A stretch of 62,586 nucleotides of DNA, the filler included. It is 10 parts of 10 records of this genome, joined end to end, with 100 filler letters (N's around TTAATTAATTAA, not from the genome) between each part and the next. Parts side by side here need not be neighbours in the genome. Positions count along the whole stretch, not along the records: positions 6,993 to 13,661 come from SRR31147125_63096; positions 13,762 to 19,279 come from SRR31147125_63099; positions 19,380 to 24,791 come from SRR31147125_63110; 7 more parts are not named here. The stretch is one strand, 5' to 3'. Below, in pieces: positions 8,106-20,345 of the stretch. How positions within the stretch are numbered: the first letter of the stretch is position 1; every line of letters begins with the position of its first letter. The position numbers and the translations under genes were made by a program. Under the pieces are notes generated by a model. The model did not search any database. It had not been told where the DNA came from and was given only the letters and a program-made list of their open reading frames with translations.

Positions 8106-8873
8106 TTAAATTCGAGCCGGAACGCCATTTTCCTTCAGGTAGTTTTTACATTCAGCGATGGTGTATTCCTTGAAATGGAAGATCGACGCCGCCAGTGCCG
8201 CGCTGGCACCTCCCTCGACCAGACCTTCGCGGATATGCTCGAGGTTGCCGACACCACCGGACGCGATCACCGGTATCTCGACGGAATCACTAACCGCACG
8301 GGTCAGTTCAATATCATAACCGTCCTTGGTGCCGTCACAGTCCATCGACGTCAGTAGGATTTCACCGCAGCCGTAGTCTTCCATCTTCCGTGCCCATTCA
8401 AGCACGTCGATCCCGGTCGGCTTACGACCGCCGTGGGTGTAGATTTCCCAGGCCTGCGGATCGGAGCCTTCAACCCGGCGCGCATCAATGGCAACAACAA
8501 TACACTGACTACCAAATCGCTCCGCCGCATCACGGACGAATTCGGGGTTGAACACCGCTGCGGTATTGATCGATACCTTGTCGGCCCCGGCATTGAGCAG
8601 GTTGCGGATATCACTGATCTCGCGCACCCCGCCACCGACGGTCAACGGCATGAAAACCCTTTCGGCGGTCCTGGAAACGACATCAAGGATAATTCCGCGA
8701 TCGTCACTGCTGGCCGTAATGTCGAGAAAGGTCAATTCATCCGCCCCTTGGGCGCAATAAGCTTCAGCCGCCTCAACCGGATCACCGGCGTCACGCAAGC
8801 CAACGAAGTTGACACCTTTGACCACCCGACCGTCTTTGACATCGAGGCAGGGAATAATTCGTTTTGTTAACAT
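8106..8873 (-). CDS. hisF: Imidazole glycerol phosphate synthase cyclase subunit
   Basis: [37 protein letters not shown]. Confidence 0.97.
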   Translation of the reverse strand: MLTKRIIPCLDVKDGRVVKGVNFVGLRDAGDPVEAAEAYCAQGADELTFLDITASSDDRGIILDVVSRTAERVFMPLTVGGGVREISDIRNLLNAGADKVSINTAAVFNPEFVRDAAERFGSQCIVVAIDARRVEGSDPQAWEIYTHGGRKPTGIDVLEWARKMEDYGCGEILLTSMDCDGTKDGYDIELTRAVSDSVEIPVIASGGVGNLEHIREGLVEGGASAALAASIFHFKEYTIAECKNYLKENGVPARI

Positions 8874-8887
8874 TTCAATACCTTCTT

Positions 8888-9140
8888 TTCACCACAGAGG
8901 CACAAAGACACGGAGAAAAACAAATAAAACCAAACACCCAAAAGCTTTTCAGCCACAAAGACTCTAAGATCTCAAAGAAAAACAAAGCCAATTACCTGTG
9001 ACGGAGAGGCGCGAAGACGTAGAGAAAGGTCGTTTTCTCGATTTAAAACCATAACAAAAGCTTTCTGGCCGTTCTCTGAAATCTCTTCAACTTCCGCGGT
9101 AAAAAAGCCTTTCTTGGTGTTCTTCGTGTCTTGGTGGCTA
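8888..9140. repeat. Nested palindromic intergenic repeat (hisA-hisF spacer)
   Basis: ACCACAGAGGCACAAAGACACGGAG, GCCACAAAGACTCTAAGATCTCAAAG and inverted CTTGGTGTTCTTCGTGTCTTGGTGGC; same motif families in three other spacers. Confidence 0.75.
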
Positions 9141-9145
9141 CAGGC

Positions 9146-9880
9146 TCAAGACATTTCGCCCTTGGTCAGGGCAACCGCTTCACGCAAGTCAATCGCACCG
9201 CTGTAGATCGCTTTACCGGTAATCACACCGGTGACTCCAGAGGACTCAACCGCCATCAGGCGGCGGATATCATCCAGTGACGAGACCCCACCGGAAGCAA
9301 TCACGGGGATATTGATCGATTCCGCCAGAGCACGGGTCGCGTCGATATTCGGCCCCTGCATCATGCCGTCGCGGCGAATATCAGTGTAGATGATCGCTTC
9401 GACACCGAAGCCTTCCATCTCCTTGGCCATCTCTGTCGCTTTCTTTTCGGTCACGTCCGCCCAACCACGCACCGCAACCAGACCGTCCTTGGCATCAATG
9501 CCGACGACGATATGCCCGGGGAATTTTTCGCAGGCTTCCTTGACCAGTTCCGGCTTCTCTTTCGCTACAGTTCCAAGGATGACCCGGTCGATACCAAGGT
9601 CGAGATAGGCTTCGATGGTCGCTATATCGCGCACGCCACCACCCAGTTCACTGGGGATGTCGATGGCGTCAACGATCGCCTTGATCGCGTCTTTATTCTT
9701 CGGCACACCGGCAAAAGCCCCGTCCAGATCAACGATATGGAGCAGCTCGCCCCCCTGGTCCTGCCAAATTTTTGCCTGAGCACCGGGATCGTCGTTATAG
9801 ACGGTGTCTTTTTCCATCAGGCCCTGTTCCAAGCGTACGCAGCGCCCTTCTTTCAAATCGATAGCGGGAAGTATGATCAT
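9146..9880 (-). CDS. hisA: ProFAR isomerase
   Basis: [39 protein letters not shown]. Confidence 0.97.
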   Translation of the reverse strand: MIILPAIDLKEGRCVRLEQGLMEKDTVYNDDPGAQAKIWQDQGGELLHIVDLDGAFAGVPKNKDAIKAIVDAIDIPSELGGGVRDIATIEAYLDLGIDRVILGTVAKEKPELVKEACEKFPGHIVVGIDAKDGLVAVRGWADVTEKKATEMAKEMEGFGVEAIIYTDIRRDGMMQGPNIDATRALAESINIPVIASGGVSSLDDIRRLMAVESSGVTGVITGKAIYSGAIDLREAVALTKGEMS

Positions 9881-9905
9881 GTCACTCTATCCTTATTATT
9901 TTTTT

Positions 9906-9991
9906 CAACGCAGAGGCGCTGAGGCTCTAGAGCCGCCGAGGAAAAATTTAATTTGTCTCTGCGATCTCTCTAACGTTGCGTCTCCGCGTTA
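9906..9991. repeat. Palindromic intergenic repeat (hisH-hisA spacer)
   Basis: AACGCAGAGGCGC...GCGTCTCCGCGTT inverted pair. Confidence 0.75.
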
Positions 9992-10000
9992 AGAGGCTCT

Positions 10001-10624
10001 TTACAGTTCCGCGAAATTCCTGAAAATCTGCAGGCCGATATCCTGACTTTTCTCCGGGTGGAACTGGGTCGCCATGATGTTATCACGCCACAGCGATGCG
10101 CAGAATTCCACATCGCCATAGCGGCAACTTGCAGCGACATCGGCCTGATTCTGTGCCTGACAGTAGTAAGAATGAACAAAATAGACAAAGCTCTCATTCG
10201 GGATACCGGTAAACAGGGGGGACGGTTTCTCAATCAGCAGATTATTCCAGCCCATGTGCGGAACCTTGAGACGTTCATTGTTTTCCACCATTCCAGACGG
10301 AAAACGAACAACCTTTCCCGGAATGAGCCCCAGCCCCTTATGAATGCCGAACTCTTCACTTTCGTCAAATAACATCTGCATACCAACACAGATGCCGAGC
10401 ATCGGCTTACCACTCTCAACATGAGCCAGCAGCGGCTCGACAAAGCCGCCATCACGCAGATTATTGACACAGTCACGAAAAGCGCCAACACCCGGAAGGA
10501 CAACCTTGTCGGCAGTTTTAATATCATTCGGATCAGCACTGACACGCGCGTCAAAGCCCAGGTTCTCAAAGGCTTTTTCAACACTGCGCAGGTTGCCCAT
10601 TTCATAGTCGATTATGTTGATCAT
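10001..10624 (-). CDS. hisH: Imidazole glycerol phosphate synthase glutamine amidotransferase subunit
   Basis: IIDYEMGNLRSV, LPGVGAF, GICVGMQ, QFHPEKS; ATG 10624 after GAAGGA. Confidence 0.97.
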   Translation of the reverse strand: MINIIDYEMGNLRSVEKAFENLGFDARVSADPNDIKTADKVVLPGVGAFRDCVNNLRDGGFVEPLLAHVESGKPMLGICVGMQMLFDESEEFGIHKGLGLIPGKVVRFPSGMVENNERLKVPHMGWNNLLIEKPSPLFTGIPNESFVYFVHSYYCQAQNQADVAASCRYGDVEFCASLWRDNIMATQFHPEKSQDIGLQIFRNFAEL

Positions 10625-10647
10625 TTGTGTTTCCTTCAAATTAATTG

Positions 10648-10843
10648 AACCACAGAGCACACGGAGGGCGCGAAAGAAACCTTAATAGCCACAAAGGCAC
10701 CAAGACTTAAAGAAAGACAAAACCGTTTTTCAGGTTTTAGAACCAAGAACAACAAACTTTTGAGCTATTCTCCGCGAACCCTGAGTCTCTCCGCCTCTGC
10801 GTTAAAAATGCTTTTCTTAGTGTTCTTCGTGCCTTGGTGGCCA
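10648..10843. repeat. Nested palindromic intergenic repeat (hisB-hisH spacer)
   Basis: GCCACAAAGGCACCAAGACTTAAAG ... CTCCGCCTCTGCGTT ... CTTAGTGTTCTTCGTGCCTTGGTGGC. Confidence 0.75.
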
Positions 10844-10869
10844 CAATATTTTCTGCTTTTAAAAAGGAC

Positions 10870-11460
10870 CTACTCCAGCTTGCCCTTGGTCGACATCACG
10901 CCCTCAATCCGTGGATCAAAGCTGGTCGCCTCATCCAGAGCGCGGCCGAAAGCCTTGAAGATTACCTCGATGATATGATGCAGATTGTCGCCATAGGCCA
11001 GATTGACGTGAATGTTGGTCCCTGAGTGATTGCAGAAAGCGACAAAGAACTCCTCGACCAGCTCGGTGTCGAAGTTACCGACCTTTGCTTTCGGAATATC
11101 AACGTTAAACACCAAGAAAGGTCGCCCGGAGAAGTCGATAATTACCGATGCCAAAGCTTCATGCATCGGCATGGTCGAGCGGCCGAAGCGCTTGACACCA
11201 ACTTTGTCGCCCAACGCTTTCTTGAACGTTTCGCCGAGAACAATGCCTATGTCTTCAACCGTGTGGTGGGCATCAATCTCGATATCACCCTGCGCCTGAA
11301 CGGTCAGATCGAAGAAACCGTGACGCGCCACTGCGGACAGCATGTGGTTGAAAAAGGGGGCCGGACTCTCGATGTGGTGTTGTCCTGAGCCATCCAGATT
11401 CAAGTCGATACTGATGTTGGTCTCTTTCGTTTCACGCGCTATTTTTGCTGTTCGTGACAT
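10870..11460 (-). CDS. hisB: Imidazoleglycerol-phosphate dehydratase
   Basis: [31 protein letters not shown]. Confidence 0.97.
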   Translation of the reverse strand: MSRTAKIARETKETNISIDLNLDGSGQHHIESPAPFFNHMLSAVARHGFFDLTVQAQGDIEIDAHHTVEDIGIVLGETFKKALGDKVGVKRFGRSTMPMHEALASVIIDFSGRPFLVFNVDIPKAKVGNFDTELVEEFFVAFCNHSGTNIHVNLAYGDNLHHIIEVIFKAFGRALDEATSFDPRIEGVMSTKGKLE

Positions 11461-11501
11461 ATTTAAGCTCCAATAAGTAACGTAATCAAATCAAAAGCGG
11501 T

Positions 11502-11662
11502 TAGCCACCAAGACGCCAAGACACTAAGGAAAGCATAAAACCTTTCTTAACGCAGAGGCGCTAAAAGACAAAAGAACACAGGGAAAACTTTCGCTTTGAC
11601 AAATCTTATGACCCAAAAACCGTTTATCTCAGCGTTCTCTCCAACTCTGTTGTTCTGCGTTA
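11502..11662. repeat. Nested palindromic intergenic repeat (hisD-hisB spacer)
   Basis: GCCACCAAGACGCCAAGACACTAAG, TAACGCAGAGGCGC ... TTCTGCGTTA. Confidence 0.75.
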
Positions 11663-11674
11663 GAGCCTTGGACC

Positions 11675-12964
11675 TTACTTCAACCGAATCGACACCGACT
11701 TGGCGTGCGCTTCGAGCCCTTCAAGTTCAGCGATATGGACAATATCTTCACCCAGACGCTTCAAACCGCGCTCTGAAAAGGAAATAATACTCGATTTTTT
11801 AACGAAGTCGTCAAGAGACAACGGCGAAAAGAAACGTGCCGTACCGCCGGTCGGCAAGGTATGGTTCGGACCGGCCAGATAATCTCCGGCTGCCTCAGGC
11901 GTATGGTGCCCCATAAAAATCGCCCCGGCATGCTTGATCTGCGACAGGATGGCGAACGGATCGGCCACGGCCAACTCCAGATGCTCTGGTGCAATCCGAT
12001 TGGAAAATGCGATCGCTTCGCTCAGATCTCGGGCGATGATAATCGCACCAAAATCATCAATCGACTTGCGCGCGATCTCTTCACGGCTGAGTTGCTGCAG
12101 CTGAGCTTCGACCTCCTGCTGAACGGCAAGCGCCATCTCTTCACTGTTGGTCACCAGAACGGACGATGCCAGCTCGTCGTGCTCTGCTTGCGACAACAGA
12201 TCGGCGGCAATGTGGGCGGCGTTGCCACTGCCATCATTGATCACCAGAATCTCACTCGGTCCGGCGATCATATCGATATCGACCTGACCAAAGACCAACT
12301 GCTTGGCTGTGGCAACGTAAATGTTGCCCGGACCGGTAATTTTATCGGCCTTCGGCACCGATTCAGTCCCGTAAGCCAGAGCCGCAACCGCCTGGGCCCC
12401 ACCCAGTTTAAAGATACGATCAACACCGGCAATATGCGCGGCGGCCAGAACGTGCGCGTTGACATCGCCACCCGGCATCGGCACCACCATAATCAGCTCT
12501 TCCACCCCGGCGACTTTGGCCGGAATGGCGTTCATCAGCACCGATGAGGGATAAGCCGCCTTGCCACCCGGGACATAGATCCCCACCCGGTCAAGAGGAC
12601 GCACCATCTGGCCGAGGAGAACATCCTCTTCATCCGTCGACAGCCAGGTCTCCTGTTTCTGCTTAGCGTGATAAGTCGCAATTCGATCAGCGGCAAGTTG
12701 CAGAGCCGCAAGAGACGTTTCACTGACCTGAGAGAGGGCCGTTTCAATTTCAGCAGCGCTGACCTCAACCGTCTCTGCAGTCAGGGACAAACGATCAAAC
12801 TTTTCCGTCAACTCAAACAGAGCCGCGTCGCCGCGCTGGCGCACGTCCGCCAGAATCGCCTTGACCGTCTCTTCGATATTATCCGGAATTTCTTCCGCTC
12901 TTTGTTCAATTTTGCGGAACCGGGCGGCAAAATCGGAATCACTGAAACGTAACATCGCAATCAT
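11675..12964 (-). CDS. hisD: Histidinol dehydrogenase
   Basis: GIYVPGGKAAYPSSVLM, DMIAGPSE, SQAEHD, APEHLE, GPNHTLPT. Confidence 0.98.
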   Translation of the reverse strand: MIAMLRFSDSDFAARFRKIEQRAEEIPDNIEETVKAILADVRQRGDAALFELTEKFDRLSLTAETVEVSAAEIETALSQVSETSLAALQLAADRIATYHAKQKQETWLSTDEEDVLLGQMVRPLDRVGIYVPGGKAAYPSSVLMNAIPAKVAGVEELIMVVPMPGGDVNAHVLAAAHIAGVDRIFKLGGAQAVAALAYGTESVPKADKITGPGNIYVATAKQLVFGQVDIDMIAGPSEILVINDGSGNAAHIAADLLSQAEHDELASSVLVTNSEEMALAVQQEVEAQLQQLSREEIARKSIDDFGAIIIARDLSEAIAFSNRIAPEHLELAVADPFAILSQIKHAGAIFMGHHTPEAAGDYLAGPNHTLPTGGTARFFSPLSLDDFVKKSSIISFSERGLKRLGEDIVHIAELEGLEAHAKSVSIRLK

Positions 12965-12982
12965 AATTTATCCTTGTCCCCG

Positions 12983-13642
12983 CTAGGAGATACGAACCTC
13001 GTCCCCGATGACCTTCTCCAACCCTTCAATGATTTTGCTGATGCGCTGATGCTTGGTCTTCAAACTGGCGCGATTGACGATCAGGCGTGTCGTCACTTCA
13101 CTGATCGTCTCCACCTCAACCATGTTGTTCGCCTTCAACGTTCCACCGGTCGAGACCAGGTCAACGATCCGCTCCGACAGGCCGACCAGAGGAGCCAGCT
13201 CAATCGAGCCGTAAAGTTTAATCAGCTCCACCTGAACCCCTTTTGAGGCAAAGTAGCGCTCGGTGATATTCGGGTATTTGGTGGCCACGCGAATGTTCGA
13301 CCAGTTGAGTGGATTGTCCGATTCCTGAAGCGCCTTCGGCTCTGCCACGACTAGACGGCAATAGCCGAACTTCAGGTCGAGCGGCTCATAGAGATCCTTG
13401 CCCTGCTCCAGCAGAGTATCTTTACCAACGACCCCCAGATCAGCGCAACCGTATTCAACATAGGTCGGCACATCGGTCGCCCGAACTGCCATGAAGCGGA
13501 ACTTCTGCTCAGGATTCTCGAAAACCAGCTTGCGGCTTTCCTTCTCCATTTCGGGACAGGTGATCCCGATCTGTCCGAACAGCTCCATCGAGTCCTTCAT
13601 GATCCGCCCCTTTGGCAGGGCGAAGGTTATCCAATCACTCAT
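12983..13642 (-). CDS. hisG: ATP phosphoribosyltransferase, short form
   Basis: ALPKGR, DVPTYVEYG, VATKYP, IVDLVSTGGTLKAN; 219 aa with no C-terminal regulatory domain (HisZ-dependent type). Confidence 0.97.
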   Translation of the reverse strand: MSDWITFALPKGRIMKDSMELFGQIGITCPEMEKESRKLVFENPEQKFRFMAVRATDVPTYVEYGCADLGVVGKDTLLEQGKDLYEPLDLKFGYCRLVVAEPKALQESDNPLNWSNIRVATKYPNITERYFASKGVQVELIKLYGSIELAPLVGLSERIVDLVSTGGTLKANNMVEVETISEVTTRLIVNRASLKTKHQRISKIIEGLEKVIGDEVRIS

Positions 13643-13846
13643 TGCTTTCCTCTCTTACCTTNNNNNNNNNNNNNNNNNNNNNNNNNNNNNNNNNNNNNNN
13701 NNNNNTTAATTAATTAANNNNNNNNNNNNNNNNNNNNNNNNNNNNNNNNNNNNNNNNNNNNAAGGCTCACTTTGAAATACAATTGGTATAATTTAAGGAA
13801 CTTTGTTATTTTTAAGGAAAAATCGAATCTAAACTTTATACGAAAC

Positions 13847-15795
13847 AATATGGCGTTTGGTGCACAACTTCTACATTTGCATACACGAATTAAAATAATT
13901 CCAATTCTTTTCTCCTTCCTTTTTATTGGAGAACTTGCCAGTGCAAAACCTGATAACCAAATTGATAAGAAAGAAACAATAACCGAATCTGTTCTAAATA
14001 AAATAGATAGCATAAATATTGCAAGCCGCGATTTAACCTTTGTTAATCCAATTCAATCTCTGGAGTTTGCCAATACAGCCAGAAACCTATCAACAACTCA
14101 TAAATACCAAAAGGGATTGGCCTATTCCTACCGAAATTTATCGAATGTTTATATTGTAAATGAGATTTTTGCCGTTGGTATGCAATATTTAAAAACAGCT
14201 GAAAATATTTTTAAAGAAACAGCTGATTCAATAGGGATTGCCGATTGTTATTTATCGTATGGTCATTTGTACCGAAGGCTAAAAAATATTGAAAAAGAAA
14301 TCGATTATTTCGAAAAGTCTTATCAAATCTATTCTTCACGGAATTATCCCGACAGGCTGGGTGTATGTGCTTTAAACCTTTGTGAGAGTTATTTTAGCGA
14401 CAAAGATTATGCGAAAAGTCGTGAGTTTGTTGCACTTGCTAAACGATTAAATGCTGCTACCAACCAGTTGCAGGTTTTGTCGGCTTGCTACAAAGTAATG
14501 GGCGAAATAGAACTTTTAAGTGGAAATACAGTTAAAGCAAAAGAATATTTAGATAAGGTTTTAGAGTTATCGGAACGGTTGGGCGAGAATTCGCAAAAAA
14601 TAGCAACAACCCAATCGTTACTGCTATTGGCCGAAATACATCAACAAAGGAATGAACCCGAAAAACAATGGGAGCTGTTAAATAAGGCATTAAAATTTGC
14701 GCAGGAACAGAATCTTCTTATCGAAATAAACACTATTTACAACAAACTGATTACATATTCATTTAAAAACGGCGAAATAGAAAATGCCAATAAGTATATT
14801 ACATCGTATTTTTCTTTATCCGATTCAATAAGCACAAATCAATTATCGGATAAAACCAATTTGGTGAATAAACTAATGCATGCTTACGACCTGGAAGAAC
14901 ACAACAGGTTTCTGGAACAAATGCATGAAATTCAGAAGAAGAATATCAAGCGTCAGTATTTCATGTTGGTTGTAATAGCTTCGTTTGCTTTGTTATTGCT
15001 TGTAGTTATTGCCGGAATTAACAGGGCAAGAAAAAAATAAGCGACAAAATATAGCTTTAAAAGAAAATAATGAATTGATAAACAAACAAAAGCAAGAGTT
15101 GTCGGAATTGTTGGTAACCCGCGATAAATTGTTTTCTATAATTGCACACGATTTAAAAAGTCCGTTTAATTCGATTCTTGGTTTTTCCGATATTCTACTC
15201 AACGATTTGGAATCGTTGGAACAAGCGCAAATTAAAAGTTTTATTAATGAGATTAAAGAATCTGCCGTTTCTACTTTCGATTTGCTAAACAATTTGCTTG
15301 TTTGGGCAAAAAGTCAATCTGATGGTTAACATTAAAAAAACTGAAATTTGTGTTACTGAAGTTCTTCAAAGTGCTGTTTCGCCCTTGTTAAAGCCTGCTG
15401 AGCTCAAAAATATTTCCATTACCATTTCGGCAAACGAAAACAGTATTGTTTATGCCGACTTTGATATGTTACTAACCGTAGTCAGAAACCTGGTTCAAAA
15501 TTCAATTAAATATTCATCGGCAAACGACAAAATAAATATTACAGCTACAGAAAGTAATAAACAGATTAAGTTTAGTATTGTAGACCGGGGAATTGGAATG
15601 GATGAAAAAGTATTAAATAATTTGTTTAAGCACGAGAAAGAAAAAATTAGAAGCGGTACTTCTGGAGAACAGGGAACAGGATTGGGCTTGATTATTTGCA
15701 AAGATTTTGTAGAGAGAAATGGTGGCACTCTTGAGGTAACAAGTAAACCTAACGAAGGAACAACATTTTCGTTTGTTTTGCCAATAGGAGAATAA
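13847..15795 (+). CDS. TPR-repeat membrane sensor histidine kinase, split by two probable sequencing frameshifts (about 15035 and 15325); start uncertain
   Basis: Track ORFs 13772-15040 (TPR helices plus TM), 15009-15329 (FSIIAHDLKSPF H-box) and 15298-15795 (RNLVQNSIKYS, DRGIGM, GTGLGL) join into one kinase. Confidence 0.82.
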
Positions 15796-15926
15796 ACAAC
15801 AAACTATCCGTCCGCACCCACTATAGCCTCCCAAAAAAAATTTCGAATTAATGTTAATAGAGTTTGATAAAAACAGCTTAGCACTTTTGTAAAAAAATCA
15901 TAACTTAAGCATATAAACGGACGCTT

Positions 15927-18900
15927 ATGAACCACTACCTTAAACAAGAACTTTACCAACGTATTAAAAAAGACGAAAATATATTCGAATTTGTACAGGA
16001 GGGGGCGCTAGACGGGCTGTGGTATTGGGATTTAGAGAAGCCGGAAAACGAATGGATGAATGCCCGATTTTGGAAAACTTTGGGCTACAACCCCGATGAA
16101 ATGCCTCATAAAGCCAGTGCCTGGCAAGATATAATTAACCCCGATGACCTAAAACTGGCACTCGATAATTTTCATAAACATGTGGCCGACCCAGATTTTC
16201 CATACGATCAGGAAGTGCGCTATATGCATAAGAATGGTTCTACAGTTTGGATACGCTGCAGAGGTATTGTAATTCGTAACGAAAAAGGTAAGCCCGTTCG
16301 AATGATAGGGGCACACCAGGATATTACAGCTTTAAAACAATCGCAATTCGCACTTATTGATGAAAAAAGAAAGGCCGAAGAAAATAAAGAAAAGTACATG
16401 GCCATGTACAACAATGCTCCTTTGGCTTTTCAATTGCTCGATATAAATGGCAATATTCTTGAAGTTAATCCCCACTGGTTGAGAATATTACAATATACAA
16501 TTGATGAAGTTATTGGTAAATGGTTTGGAGATTTTTTGCATCCTGACCTTGTAGAACATTTTAAACTTAATTTTCCACAATTCAAAAAACAAGGTTTCAT
16601 CAACGATGTACAATTTCGTATGGTTCGAAAAGACGGGAAGTATATTTATGTTTCTTTTGAAGGATGCATTGGGTATACTCCCGAAGGTAAATTTAAACAG
16701 ACCTACTGTACATTTAAAGAAATTACCAAGGAAAAGGAAGCCGAAGATACATTAAAAGAAAGTGAACGAAAGTATAAAGATTTGTTTGAGAACTCTCCTG
16801 TAATGATGGCCAATGTCGATCATAGTACAGGTATGGTTTTAGACTGCAATAACAAACTATGTGAAAAAACGGGTTACAGCAAAAATGAAATTATTGGAAT
16901 TCATATTCTTGAACTATACGAATCGCGAAAGGAAGCTGAAATTGCATTTGGAAAATTTAAAGAAACCGGTATTCTGGAAAGGGAAAACTTAAAAATTAAA
17001 AAGAAAGATGGTGGTATATTAGATGTAAAATTAAATGTGTCGACAGTTAAAGACGATGAAGGAAACATGCTTTATAGTAGATCGGTATGGCAAGATATTA
17101 CTAAAGAAAAACAGGCAGAACAGGAGATTATAAAACAACGAGATTTATTTGAACTGGTTATTAATTCTGTTCCGGGCAGGATTTTTTGGAAAGATTTAAA
17201 TTCGGTCTATCTGGGGTGTAACGTCAATTTTGCAAAAGATGCGGGTATGGAAACGCCCGAAGATGTAATTGGGCAGAATGACGATGTTATGGTTTGGAAA
17301 AACAATGCTGATTTATATCGGGCAGATGACCAATTGATAATACAAACAGGTAAAGCCAGGTTTAATTACGAAGAAGAGTTTAAAAATAAAGATGGCGATA
17401 AAGTGGTGTGGAGAACCAACAAAATGCCATTAAAAAATACTGATGGCGAAATAATTGGAATAGTTGCTACATCAGAAGATATAACAGAAGAAAAGAATGC
17501 ACAAGACAAGTTAATAGAAAGTGAAGAAAAACTACGGCTTACTATCGATAATTCTCCATTGGGCGTTTCTACTGTAAATACTAAAGGTAAATTTATAACT
17601 GCAAATAGTGCTTTTGAGAAAATTTCAGGTTATTCGAGCGAAGAATTACTCCAAATGTCTCTATTCGATATAACACATCACGACGACATTGCCGAAACCC
17701 GTGACCTGTTTAATGATATTATTTCTAAGAAAAATACCGGTTATCATATCGAGAAAAGATACATTCGAAAAGATGGTTCTATAGTTAACGTGCTGGTTCA
17801 TTTGGGAATTGTTAACGATGTCAACAATGAGCTTTTGTTCGGAATGGCATTTATTGAGGATATTACAGACCGTAAAAGAACTGAACTTGCTTTAAACGAA
17901 AGTAAAACATTTAACGAAATACTACTTAACTCTTCGCCTGACGCAATATACGTTTATGATATTGTTGGAAAAAAGAATGTGTACAGTAATGAAGGTATTG
18001 CAAAGGTTTTAGGATATACAGTTAATGAAATTAAGGAAATGGGTGATAATATGATACCATTTCTTATGCACCCCCATGATCTGGAAAATTACCAGCGTGT
18101 AATTTTGCCAAAATACTATAACGCCAGGGATAATGAATGGATAGAACATGATTACAGGATGAAACATAAGAGTGGGAACTTGTGTTGGTTGCATTCGAAA
18201 GAAATGATATTTAAGCGAAACAAAAATGGAGATCCAAGTCAGATTTTTGGTGTTGTTAGCGATGTTACCCACGATAAAATTGTTAAAACCAAGTTGCAGA
18301 ATGCTTTGAATAAAGCAGAAGAAAATGAACACAGGATTAATGAGCTGTTCCGTAATATGAATAACGGCTGCGCAGTATACAAAGCCATTGATAATGGGAA
18401 TGATTTTGTTTTTGTAGATTTTAATAAGGCAAGCGAAAGAATTGAGCGAATAAAAAAAGCAGAAGTAATTGGGAAAAAAGTAACAGAAGTATTTCCGGGA
18501 GTAATAGAATTTGGCTTGCACGAGGTTTTTAAAAAAGTATATAAAACAGGAAAAGCAATACATTTTCCTATCACATTTTATAAGGATGATAAAATTCGGG
18601 GCTGGCGCGATAATTATGTTTATAAATTAAAAAATGGAGATATTGTTTCTATATATTACGACAGGACGAAAGAAAAACAAGCTGAATTGGAAATTATCAA
18701 GGCCAAGGAAATTGCGGAAGAAAACAAGGAAAAATATAAACGGCTAACGGATAACGCCCCGGATTTGATTTACAGGATGTCTTTACCCGATGGACAATAC
18801 AAATATGTTAGTCCAAGTTCAATTGATATTTTTGGATATATTCCTGACGAATTTTACAATTCACCTATGTTGATTGCAAATGCAATTCATCCCGATTTTA

Positions 18901-19279
18901 CTGACTATTTTAAAGCAGAATGGGAAAAATTATTAGAAGGCAAGTGTAGTCCAACATATGAATATAAAATAATTAACAAAGGCGGTAAAGAAAAATGGCT
19001 AAACCAAAGGAATGTATTAATTCGCGATAATTCTAACAATCCGATTGCCATTGAGGGGATTGTTACAGATATTACAGACCGCAAAGCCGCAGAACAAGCA
19101 CTAATTGAAAGCGAAAAGCAAGTAAGGCAGAAGAATGAAGAATATGAAAACCTAAATATTGATTTGAGGCGAATTAATAAAGAGCTTACTTTGGCCAAAG
19201 AAAAGGCAGAAGAAAGTAATCGTTTAAAATCGGAGTTCCTGCGTAATATGAGTCATGAGATTCGTACTCCAATGAATGG
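15927..19279 (+). CDS. Multi-PAS cytoplasmic sensor histidine kinase, 3'-truncated
   Basis: About eight PAS/PAC units ending in DIT-like motifs, then [16 protein letters not shown]-box at the contig end. Confidence 0.9.
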
Positions 19280-19689
19280 NNNNNNNNNNNNNNNNNNNNN
19301 NNNNNNNNNNNNNNNNNNNNNNNTTAATTAATTAANNNNNNNNNNNNNNNNNNNNNNNNNNNNNNNNNNNNNNNNNNNNCTCGAATTTAAAATGAATCAT
19401 AAAAAATGATTTAACTAAGTTCAAATAAGAATATAATTAGTAATCATAGATACTATTGCGTTTTATTTGTCAATTTTCTTTCTTGCTGCAGATAATTTAT
19501 CATCCACTACACTTAATACTTTTTGTTTCCGTTTGATTTCAGCTTCTACAGCATCTTTGTCATCTTTTTAGTTTTTGAATCTTAATGGTCCAATCATTAT
19601 ATTTTTCTTGTTGCTGATCATTAAGTTTAACCATCTTTGCGTGTTCAACTTCAATCTTGTTATACTCTCTATTTGCTTCTGCCAGACTT

Positions 19690-20120
19690 TCATTTCTTTC
19701 ATACGTAAACCAGTATCAAAAAGTAATTGAAGATATACATAATTTCTAAAACTAAACTTATTTTTTATATTCTTTTGAAGATAATTAATTATCTTATCAA
19801 TTGTTTTTCTTGATATGGTAGGTATTTTCTTTTTTTGTTCTTTTGGTTTGCTGAACTTGATTACTCTATCTGTAGCATATTTAACGACTTTCTAAGGCTG
19901 TAATATGTTTATTTATAGAAGCATTAGATAACTCTGGATTAATCTATTTTAAAGTAATAATATAATTGAGAATTATATCATTTGTTATTTGATCACATTG
20001 GATTTGTCCCATGTGAGTATCTAACATATTTAAAAGATATTTATAGTAATCTTGTGTGCCTTTAGTTTTAGTTACAGCAGTATATTTTTTAAATTGTTTA
20101 ATTGCATCACATAATAACAT
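19690..20120 (-). pseudogene. Tyrosine recombinase/integrase remnant (N-terminal half)
   Basis: GGAG plus ATG 20120 MLLCDAIKQFKKY...; several frameshifts/stops; RNYVYLQLLFDTGLRMKE box-I motif near 19695-19750; no HxxR/Tyr box after it. Confidence 0.65.
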
Positions 20121-20290
20121 AGTTTACTCCTTAATTTCAGCTTTATCACCGACCAAATCTTTTGCTACTTCAGATATATCTTTATCATTGCTATTCTCTA
20201 ATTGCTCATTATAAGATTTAACGGTATCTAAATTACCAATGAAATTAAAATATACTGATTTCATAAGAAAAGTTTAAAATGCAAAAAAGA

Positions 20291-20319
20291 TTGAAATCTT
20301 TGTAAACAAATGATATAAT
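20291..20319 (+). promoter_or_regulatory. Sigma-A-type promoter of rpmG
   Basis: TTGAAA-17 nt-TATAAT with extended -10 TG. Confidence 0.75.
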
Positions 20320-20345
20320 ACTTGCGTATGTTTGGAGGTATGTAA

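Noticed and set aside
8874-11674. his spacers as attenuators, CRISPR or small genes
   Set aside because: No His-codon leader peptide, no constant repeat-spacer period, and the overlapping short ORFs have no recognisable protein features.
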